Source of the DNA: Callorhinchus milii
Lineage: Eukaryota
Length of the DNA stretch: 64,000 nucleotides
Reading direction: 5' to 3'
NCBI RefSeq assembly: GCF_018977255.1
Contig: NW_024704748.1
Span: forward strand, 18,166,001 to 18,230,000
The notes under the pieces are model-generated. The model saw only the letters and a list, made by a program, of their open reading frames with translations. It did not search any database and was not told the DNA's origin. The translations under genes and the position numbers were made by a program. Below, in pieces: positions 1-9,790 of the stretch; the stretch's first letter is position 1, and the number at the start of each line of letters is the position of its first letter.

Positions 1-1879
1 TATTGTTGCTTATTGTGAAAGGTATCCTATTGAAATTTGTAACTTGGTAATATAGTATCCTGTATTTTTTTGTGCATTCATTAAATTTCAAAAATGAAAT
101 GTTTTGTAAACTATCTCTCAATCCATTCAAAGGAATCTAAAATAAACATAACCAACAATAAAAAATAAATGTTTTACTGAGTTGAACTGATAACATAATA
201 AGTGATAATATGAATAAAATATAAATAAAATGTCTTGGAAAAATGTAGTGCGGAACAACGTCTTTTAGAAATAGGCACATTCAACTGTGTAAACGGAAGA
301 TGTTATTAACAACACAGCTGCTTCTACTGAAATCAAAAGGACAATTTGAACTTTATTTTTTAAACCCTTTCCTGATCTGTATTTTCTTCCTCACATTTAA
401 AATGTAATGCTTTCAGAATGCAGGAGCTTCAGTTGTTTAAAATCCCAAAACAATTTGCATCAAGTAAATTCTGTTCTAAAATACAGAATCATGCCCAAAT
501 CAGTGCAAACCACTACAGAACAGAGTGAAAACAAAGCATAGATACATCACAGAGGACTGCAGCTATAGGCACTATAAAGGAAACAGACCGTTCTAGCAAT
601 GTATTATCCTTGGAAACAGTCCAGAAATACTGCTCGAGTCCCACAACAGTCAAGTATTGCAGTCAAAGTTGCTTGCTTTTTGGAAGTCTTTTCATATATG
701 AAACGTTATGCGAGAACGGAACCATCACTACGGGTTCATCATTTTTCTGAAGACAACCATAAATGGGGGACTTCTTCACCCACTTCCAGGTTACGGGATC
801 AACTTGAAGATTCTTGATATTTTTTAAAACCCAAATCTATTTTTGCATCTGAAGGCGGTTAAACTAATTTCGCTACTAAATAGAAGGAGGATTCTGCAAC
901 AGTACAGCATTTGTGGAACGTTTGTACATAGTAAAATTTAAAAGTGTGCTAAATGCCTGGATCAATATTTTGAATGATTAATTAGCTGCAGATTTTAGAC
1001 AGGCTTTCTAACATATGCAGCATGTGCTATCAATCATTAATTTCCCCCCAGCAGAGAAAAACTATTTCAAGCAAATTCCTGACAATCATGTCCAGTGAGT
1101 CATAGCAAAGGCAAACTCTCCCCCTTTCTTTGCAATGTCCAAATGACCAGGTCAATTTTTAATCTCAGTTTCCCCACTCAGGTAAAGCCTTTTCATATCT
1201 GCCGTTACTAAATGCTTTATGAAAGTTTTATGTAAGTTTAAAACAAAGTAGATATCTTTGAAGTTACATTCATCAGAATACCGATTGTGGAAGCTGTCAC
1301 CGCAGCTTTGCTCAACAAGCATAGAACAGAGAGTAGAAGATGTGATGCATTTTGTAGGAAACAAGATATAGTTAACAATCATTTTCATTTAATAGCAATC
1401 ATTGCAGATCATTCTCCAGTTAGCTGTGTCTTAGCTACCTTTTCATTTTTTGTTCAATTTGGTATATTAAATAGACTGCTATTTCTACTGGACAAGCAAT
1501 TAAGAATGCATGGTGCTTTTAGTTCCACTTACACATGGGATATAAACACTCTATAGTTTGCTCTAGGTGTAGATGTAGGTTTGTCCCTGGCACTGTAAAG
1601 CACTCCTAGATGTTATTCCAGGTGAAGGGCCCAATATAAATGCGAGATGTTGTTCTTGTGGGTCTCATTTGTACTAGAGTCCCAGCAGATCAGCACTATC
1701 AATAGAGCTAGGAGTATGCACATGCACAGGTAGACCAACCTGAGAAACAAATTGTATTCCACAGCACAAACAATTAACATCAGTTGAGTAGCACATACAT
1801 TGCCAAGAGGCAGCAAGTCCACAGAAACCTATAGCATTACTAATCGACTCCGAGCCGGTGGGGGGGGTGTGTGTGTGAC

Positions 1880-2095
1880 TGTAAGCATGGTCGAAAAGGA
1901 AGGTTTTAAGGTGGGATTGAGAGAGAGCATTCCAAAGTTTCAGGGTGTAGTGGCTGAAAGCGAGACCTCAAATGGTGGAGCTGAGTGTGTGAGGTACAAG
2001 CAGGAGGCCAGTGCCAGTCGAGCGGAGGCGCCGGGTGGTGGATTGGGGAGTGAGGAGGTCGGAGAGGTAGGAAGGTGTCAGGGAGTGAAGCGATC
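1880..2095 (-). mobile_element. Degenerate L2-type LINE 3' fragment
   Basis: Similar to the L2-like copies at 9393 and 60805 ('ggtcgaaaaggaaggttttaag...gtagtggctgaa...ggaggccag'). Confidence 0.6.
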
Positions 2096-2527
2096 AGCTG
2101 TTCAGGTCTATGTCTCATCGTTTAAGTCAACTGCAACTGAGGTAGGAACTCACAACGTAGCTTATTCAGTACAAACTGATCATTTTTGTAAAGTTATCAA
2201 GTGAAAATAGGATCTTTTTAATGGAAATAACTGTTGGAAATACGTGCCATGAACAGCAACTTCTGTTTTTAATTCACAAAGAATTTAGAATATAAAGCAA
2301 TAAATGTATGACTCAGCTGATGATTCAGTGTATGTCTGTCAGTAAACAATGGTATGGGGACAAATTGGCAGAGCTCATATTGGATGTCATACTTGCTGGA
2401 ATCTAATAGGGATGAGAAGATTAATACATTATTTCCTAAGACTACACACTCTTGAATTTCAATGATTGATTGTATCACATTTTCAAAAGTGGTCATATAT
2501 TGTATTCAGCCGGGCACCATCAGCCTT

Positions 2528-2878
2528 ACCAGAAATATTTTATTTTGGCCAGCTGGGTGTCTGTGGAACATACGAAAATACATCAGCATGCTTAAGGGTA
2601 TCAAAACCAGACAAAGTTCCATGTATCCCACCTACACATGGAAATTCCCGTGTCTGGGATGGAATGCACATCTCTCCCCAAAAGAACGCATCCTGTTTCC
2701 CTCATTCCAGATTGCAATATGCAATAGAATTTTTTTTTGGTCAGCCGGGTGTCTGACACATGCAGAAACCCATCACCATGCTTATGAGTATCCAAACCAA
2801 ACTGAGAATTCCATGCATCCCACTTACACATGGAAATTCCAGGGATGAATTGTTGGAATGGAATGCACAATCTCTATC
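2528..2878. repeat. Diverged tandem duplication, two units about 200 bp apart
   Basis: Blocks 'ttttggccagctgggtgtctg...ttccatgtatcccacctacacatggaaattcc...ggaatgcacatctct' (~2540-2676) and 'ttttggtcagccgggtgtctg...ttccatgcatcccacttacacatggaaattcc...ggaatgcacaatctct' (~2735-2875). Confidence 0.85.
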
Positions 2879-3280
2879 TGGAGGGACAAATCCTGCTTAC
2901 CAAATTCTGGAAAGTATTAGGTACATGTTGGCAAGAGCCAAGGTTTGGGGACCCCAGAATGGGTATTGGGGTACTGCTGGAATCTAACCAGCTGAAACCA
3001 CATAGCTTGCCATGATAGCACTGTCTAGCAAGCTTTCCTGCTGTTTGTCCAGCTAGAACCACCCTACCCATTTGGCTTGCAGGGTTAATGGGAGCTAAGT
3101 GGGAGGATTCCCTGACCCCAATGACTGGTCTGGCCTTTCAAGTCCTGCCAATGTGCTGTCATCAGCAGTGCCCTGGAGTACTGCGGACCCGCCTGGCTCA
3201 GAAACTGGACTACAAAGACCCCACAGAGGGCTAGCTCGATTCTGACATTCTGTTGCCAAACACATCAAGTTGGAGCCAGT

Positions 3281-3700
3281 TCAGCTCCAAGGAGACCCCC
3301 CCCCACTTACCTCTACCCACCTCCGCCCACCCCCCAGAGGATAGTCACTGGATGGTCGTTTAATATCCGTCAAGCACAGGTTTGAACCCTCACTTGGTGG
3401 ATGGTACCAGAAGCAAGCTTCCTGGTGGGCAACACATCTCAGCATGAAATGCATGAGAGCATTACCACCATCTTCCTGTCCACAGCTTGGGCACACGCCC
3501 TTCTCACTGAGCAATGTTTCCACCAGTTTGCGGTGCAGAGTTTAAGCAACAGCTGCTTAACTCTCTGCAAGCCAATCAAGGTGGATTCCAGGCACTGAAT
3601 GTCCAAACGTGTGTTCACGAATTCGAACTCCAGGTAACGCCTTCCAACAGCTGCTGTGCCAAGCCTTAGGGTTTCTATGCAAGAGAAACTAAATATGCTG
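3281..3700 (-). mobile_element. Possible degenerate non-LTR retrotransposon ORF2 C-terminus (CCHC zinc knuckle)
   Basis: Minus-strand translation has VCPSC...HFMLRC, the spacing of LINE C-terminal zinc knuckles. Neighbouring frames are broken. Confidence 0.4.
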
Positions 3701-4299
3701 TATATGCCGCTGTGCTGTTCGCTACTGTGTCCTGTGGTTCATTTAGTGCTTGCCATGGCTGTTTGGGGGTCATTGCTGGATGGCTTAAGGTCTTAAGCGC
3801 TCCAAGACGCTGCCCCGCTTGAAGGGCGCTATATAAATAACAAGCGACTTTGCTTCAAAGTAACTGTGTGCAAAATTCTTTCTGAAGTTTTGCTATATGA
3901 AATACAAATATCTATAATTATATGAAGTCTTAGATTACCCATCATCATACATGCACTTAGTTGACTGGTACATTCAACTTATCCCTCTGGAGATCAAAAG
4001 ATGTCATCTGACAGCAGGGCACCAACCTTTGGGTTCACATTTCTTTTGAGTTTTTCCAGTTATGTGCAGGTACCCTTTGCGCAGAACTCACATGTGATGA
4101 ATGGGTGATACCATTATGTAATATACATGAGATCATGCAATCTTGTATATAATGCAACTACTATCTTCTATTTAACTTCACTTAATTTTATTACTACTGT
4201 ACCTGGATAAAGCTATCTGAGACACTAGATGAAAACGATTTCCCTTTTATGATTATCTGCCTCAAGATCCTCCTCTTCAACCATCCCATCGGAGTCAGG

Positions 4300-4760
4300 G
4301 AGTCATTGCTGTCTGGTGAGGACATTAGTGATGGGCTAAGTTTTGTACAGGTAAGGATGTGGGCAGCAGAGTTTTGAATGTGCTGGAACTTGTCGATGAT
4401 GAAACAGGGGACACTGACAAGGAGGGCATATGAAAAGTCAAGTCAAAGGCGTGGCTGAGAGTTTCCGCAGCACTGGGCATGAGATAGAGCCGGAGGCAGG
4501 GGGTGTGACAAAGAAGCTGAAAAGTGGTCTTGATCAGGTACCAGATATGAGGGAGGAAAGAGGGCTGAGAATCAAGTTGATTCTCAAGGTTGTGCCCTGG
4601 TTCAGCGAGTTGGAGAAAGAGGCAGAGAAGACAGGAAGGCTAAGGAAGTAAGAGTCAGATGCAAAGCAGTATTGATGGAAGCTGAGGAGGATAGTTTCTG
4701 TCCTCCCATACTTAGCTGAAGAAATTTGAGATTCATCCATGACTTGATGTCTGATAGTCA
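4300..4760 (-). mobile_element. Old L2-type LINE internal fragment
   Basis: Purine-rich run ('gggcagcagagttttgaatg...agttgattctcaaggttg...agtattgatggaagctgaggaggatagtttctgtc') typical of the antisense strand of L2 ORF2. Confidence 0.5.
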
Positions 4761-5403
4761 GGTAGGTAGGTGGTCATGGATGCTAGATGACTAAATATAT
4801 CCACCCGCTTAAAAAAAAGCCACACAACTCATTTTAAAACTCCATTTAAATGCCCAAAATATTTGCTGATCACTAAAATTGTACAACTTAATAAAATTCA
4901 AAATCAGTTTTAGCTTTACAATTTCAGTAAAACTTGCCCAAGTCTGATCTGTATAAATAGTCGTACATTTGCCCAAGTCCTGTTTAAGAGATTATATTCT
5001 ATGCAAGTTTGACATAACTCATACTTTGCATAAGTCGTATTAAAAATATGGTCCCAACTGATCCGACTTACGTGAGATTTACTGCAATCTAAGCAACAAA
5101 GTGCACAACGTACAGGGTAGAAACATGTGCTGCTCAGGAGGCTACAAGACATTAAAGGGTTCCTTTGGCAATAAGCACCTTCTTCTAAATCCTGTGTTTA
5201 TATTCAGTATCCAGGAGCTGTTTGATGCTACGTCATCTCATGAATGTGGGAGTATATTGCTATTACATTTCATTAAATTGATTAACAAATCACCTTGCAC
5301 AGTTTACACAGTGTGAGCACTTGAGGCAACTCATAACATAGATGAACAATTTTTGAAGTGCCTCAAATAAAGAAAAGCAGAGTAGGCAGTTACAGTTATA
5401 ATA

Positions 5404-5646
5404 TTAATCATTGCATTTGACATAGCGCCTTATCATGTCGTTGAGACATCTCAAAGCGCTTCACAGAATAAAATGTGAAGTGTATTGACTGTGTATTTTG
5501 TGGGTGAAACGCGGCAGCCAATTGCGCACAGCAATGTCCCACACAGTCACAGATTGTGTGACCCAAACTATTATTATTATTTTTATTTTTTGTTTTGAAG
5601 GGATTATTACCCCCGGAAAAATAATCTGCCAATTGACTAACAACTG
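5404..5646 (-). mobile_element. tRNA/CORE-like SINE, 3' half
   Basis: Matches the recurrent family seen near full length at 39340 and 51460. Confidence 0.85.
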
Positions 5647-5784
5647 TTCATTAAAACAATTGGGGCAGCTGAGATGACTTCAATTACAAAGGTGATGTGT
5701 CATTCATGTACTTATCTCGCTACACTGTAACTGTAAATTTTCAATATGCATGAATATCCACTGTTCATTCTAATCACTGTTTTT

Positions 5785-6280
5785 AAATAACATTCCTTGC
5801 ATTTGATACACCACCTCTCGCATCAGGAGGACGTTTCAAAGCCCTTCACAGAATTTTACTGTAAAGCATAGTGACTGTATTTTGGAGGCGAATGCGGCAT
5901 TCAATTTGCATATAGCAATAACCTACAAACAGCGATGAAGTGAACGGCCAATTTTATCAGCGGGATTGTTAACGGGACACAGGAGAAACCCTTTTCAATT
6001 TGTACCGTAGGATCTTTAATGTCCGTCTGAACAAGCGGACGGGACCTCAGTTTGTTGTCACATCCGAAGGACGGCGCCTCTGACAATGCAGTGCTCTTCC
6101 CAGTACAGTACTGCACTTAAGTGTCAGCCTAGGCTGTGAGTTTAAACTTACTGTCCCGCGTGAATGGCTCCATATAAATGCAAGTTGTTTTTGTTGTACA
6201 GTCCTGACTGGGTGGGGGGGGAGGGTTGAACCCACAACCTTCTGCCCAGAGGCAAGAGTATTACCAACTAAGCCAGGCTC
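5785..6280 (-). mobile_element. Deu-domain SINE (SacSINE1/AmnSINE-like), near full length
   Basis: Reverse complement of the Deu core ('gatctttaatgtcc...catccgaaggacggcgcctctgacaatgcagtgctc'), tRNA-like head near 6225-6280, and an L2-like tail. Confidence 0.75.
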
Positions 6281-7149
6281 ACACCTCACCTATTTCTAAA
6301 AAATAAGTATTTTCAAGTTTCGCTGTTAGAGCAGGCAAGTACATTCACTGTAATTGCACCGTGATTAGAAGCCACATAGCCCACCAAAACTTTTTAAAAA
6401 GTTTAAGAAAACCTCTGATCGACTCACACCCACTTAACTGGGATTCATTCCTTTGACATGCGAAACTTGGCATCAACGATGCAATCCTAGAATTGACCAA
6501 GTTTACAGTAAATACCACATCTGGTCTGGAAGCATTTTTGTTGTAGATTTGCAGAAGAAGAAAAAAAAAACAAATGCCACGTCTTTCTAAAATACGTTAT
6601 TCATTAAAAACCTGGAATAGTTGCACAGCAAATTTCTATCTGCTGAAGTCGAGCAGCAACTTAATTATTAACACCAGGTTTTCTCCACTCTCACATTTTA
6701 AAGCCTTCGATTCACCCACATCGCACACACTGGGAACTTAGTTCACGATTTGTTAAACGTTATGTCAAACATCAAGCAAACTCGAGCCTTGGGGGCCACA
6801 CGAGAATAACATAAAACGTGTCTTATCTCTCTATCCATCTCAAAAACCCATCTCAGCTGCCACTCAGGAGTCTTGTAGCCTAATGTAGAACTGCTCATCT
6901 TACTTTACTGTTGGGGTTTTTTCGTGTGTAAAAAAAGAAGGGAATACTCCTGATGACGATTTAATCCACAATGACTCACTGATGTAACTGTACATCTCCC
7001 GCTATGTGAATCACTGTTTTTATCCTCATGTAAGTGTCACTCTCTCTCTCTCTCTCTCCTCTCTGGGGTCGCAGTTATCTCCCTCTTAAAGTTGACTTGC
7101 ATTGATTTCTTCCAATCTCCTTGTCTTCTCCCTAATTTACAGTGAAGTT

Positions 7150-7720
7150 CTCACCCCCCCCACCCCCACCCCCCACCCCACACCCCCGACCCCCCCCCCC
7201 ACCCCAACCCCCCCCCCCCACCCCAACCCCCCCCCCCCCCACCACACACACACACAGACATTGCAAAGTTTGGGAAGTTTTTCTGACAGTAATCTTCTCC
7301 CCACAGCTCACGGCCTCAAGAGCTTCCCAGGCATTGTAAAGTTTGCCTGGAAAGTTTTTGCTCTCTCTCTCACTCTGTCCCTCTCCCTCTCTGTCCCCCT
7401 CTCTCCCTCTCCCTCTCTCACTCTGTCCCTCTCTCTCTCCCTCTCCCCCTCTCACTCTGTCCCCCTCACTCTCTCTCCCTCTCCCCCTCTCACTCTGTCC
7501 CTCTCTCTCTTCCCCCCCCCCTCTCCCACTCTGTCCCTCTCTCCTTCTCCCTCTCTGTCCCTCTCTCTCTCCCCCTCTCCCACTCTGTCCCTCTCTCCTT
7601 CTCCCTCTCTGTCCCTCTCACTCTCCCTCTCCCACTCTCTCCCTCTCCCACTCTGTGTGTCCCCCCCTCTCTCCCTCTGTCCATCTCTCCCCCTCTCCGC
7701 CCCCCTCTCTCTCTCTGTGC
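7150..7720. repeat. C-rich and (CT)-rich low-complexity tract at the start of BICC1 intron 1
   Basis: Poly-C/CA runs at 7154-7258 and degenerate ctctgtccctctctc units at 7360-7718. Confidence 0.95.
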
Positions 7721-7748
7721 TCACAGTCACTACACCGCTCCCTCTCAC

Positions 7749-7968
7749 CTTGCAGCATCGCCTCCAGCTTCTTGCGATCCACCCGGAATCTGTCCTCGAT
7801 CCAGTCGGGGTCACCGCAGTGCGGGAGACCCTGACCATCGTCCTCGGAGGCTGCGAGCGGAGAGTCGGTGCTCCTCTCGCTGTTGGAGCCCGGGTCCGCA
7901 CCGCAGGGCTCTGGGAGCGGCTGCTCAGCCATCAGGTATCCGCTCAGAGAGTCGGACTGAGCCGCCAT
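7749..7968 (-). CDS. BICC1: BicC family RNA-binding protein 1, coding exon 1 (rest of the gene lies left of the window)
   Basis: MAAQSDSLSGYL...DPGSNSERSTDSP...DPDWIEDRFRVDRKKLEAMLQ matches the vertebrate BICC1 N-terminus. Donor CAAG|GTGAG, phase 1. Adjacent to TFAM as in human. Confidence 0.95.
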
Positions 7969-8184
7969 CGTGGTCGCCGAGCTCTCGGTCACAGTGTGGG
8001 GGTGGGAGTGGGGGTGGGAGTGGGGTGGGAGTGTGGGGGGGGGGTGGTCAAACTTTTCTTTTAACAGGAGCTGCTCAGCTCGTCACCCTGACCCGGGCTG
8101 GTGGGGGTGGGGGTGGGGGTGGGTGTAGGGGGTGTGTGGGGGGGAACTCAGCTCATCCACAGCCAAGTCCACATCCAACACCAA

Positions 8185-8590
8185 TTCTTCCTCTTTCTCT
8201 CTCTTCTCTCTCCCACTCCCACTCTCACTCTCTTCTCCCTCCCACTCTCACTCTCTTCTCCCTCCCACTCTCACTCTCTTCTCCCTCCCACTCTCTCCCC
8301 CCCCCCTCTTTCCCACTCTCTCCCTCTCTCTCTTTCTCCCTCTCTTCTCCCTCCCTCCCACTCTCTCTCTCTCTCTTCTCCCTCCTTCCCTCTCTCCTTC
8401 CTCCCAACCCACTCTCTCTCTCTCTTCTCCCTCCTTCCCTCTCTCCTCCCTCCCAACCCACTCTCTCTCTCTTCTCCCTCCCTCCCTCCCAACCCACTCT
8501 CTCTCTCTTCTCCCTCCCTCCCTCCCAACCCACTCTCTCTCTCTTCTCCCTCCCTCCCTCCCAACCCACTCTCTCTCTCTCCTCCCTCTC
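8185..8590. repeat. Polypyrimidine tract with a 36-bp minisatellite upstream of BICC1
   Basis: 'aacccactctctctctcttctccctccctccctccc' recurs at 8455, 8491, 8527 and (partially) 8563. Confidence 0.95.
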
Positions 8591-9189
8591 AGCAGTGCAA
8601 TCTGCTCACAAAATCCATCCGCACAAAATCCACCGAAGTAGTTCCACTGCAACTCAATCTGCGCTCTCTCTGCACTGTTACTGTGTGGGTTATTATTTGG
8701 AGCTGACTTTAGAGACTGACATATCGGGGTGTCAGCACTCTGAACATATGGCAATCACCCCCTTTGAGAATAGAAGTTAGATTTGCTATGAAAACTGAAA
8801 TTCTATATTTTCTGTAAACATGGCAAGGTTTTAGATTTACTGGATACAGGACTCTGAATCAAAACATACTGGAAGCTTCTGCACAATGTATTCAGCTTGC
8901 TTGCTTTTTTTTTAACAGACTTGGGTGGAATATATTATGTATGGAGCAGAGGGATGTTTATGCTGGAGAATGAAACTCATTTCTGCACTAACCTAACATC
9001 CATAAGTACTCTCAGGTCAATCTATATGGGTTTGAGATGCAGAGTGCGTCTTCCTTTAACTCCAGTCTTCCCATTTATATTGCAGGACACCTGAGAAACA
9101 GTTGAAATGGAACCAATTACGACACAGCCAAAAGCTACAAGTGCTGGGATCCTGATTACTTTGCAAAGCAGAATTCTTTGAACTCACAC

Positions 9190-9790
9190 TCTAGACTGAC
9201 ACTCCTGGGTTACTGGTGATACTGAGGGAGTGCTGCATTGTTGGAAGTGCGGTCCTTGGGATGAGAATGTAAACCAAGGTCTCAATATCTGCCTGCCAGG
9301 TAGATGTTAAAGATCCATTGGCGCTACTCGGAAAGAGAAGGGAGTTTCTCCTAGTATCCTGCCAACCATCCCCTTGATAAAATTAGTCACTCAACAACAA
9401 CAACAACTTGGATTTACATAGCGCCCTCCATGCCGGACGGCGTCTCAGAGCGCTTCACAGTAATGGATCCCGGGGCTGAGCCAGGGGGAGGGGGAAGAAG
9501 GTGACCAAAGGCGCGGTCGAAAAGAAAGGTCTTCCGCAGAGACCTGAAAGTGTGAAGGGAGGGAGCGAGACGAAGGCAGTGAGGAAGGGAATCCCAGAGC
9601 CTCGGGGCATAGTGGCTGAAGGCGGGGCCACCGAAGGTGGAGCGGAGGACTTGTGGGACAGGAGGAGGCCAGACCCGGAGGAACGAAGGCACTCAGATCA
9701 TTGTGATTTGTGGAACACTGCTGTGCACAAATTGGCTTCCACCTTTGTCTGCAAATATACAGTCACTACGCTTCACTGTAATCAATAACT
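9190..9790 (+). mobile_element. Deu-domain SINE interrupted by a younger LINE tail
   Basis: Deu core 'actgagggagtgctgcattgttggaagtgc...aaagatccattggcgctact' at 9220-9350. The SINE tail resumes at about 9696. Confidence 0.75.
9394..9689 (-). mobile_element. Young 5'-truncated L2-type LINE 3' end with (TTG)n tail
   Basis: Translates to ...FSHYAPRLWDSLPHCLRLAPSLHTFRSLRKTFLF (L2 ORF2 C-terminus). Flanked by a CACTCA direct repeat. Confidence 0.85.

Noticed and set aside
8451-8590. 36-bp periodic repeat (CRISPR-like unit size)
   Set aside because: No unique spacers. It is a plain minisatellite in a vertebrate genome.
7102-8780. Pro/Ser/Leu- and Arg/Glu/Gly-rich ORFs around BICC1 exon 1
   Set aside because: Translations of CT microsatellite tracts. 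Only 7749-7968 (-) has protein homology.
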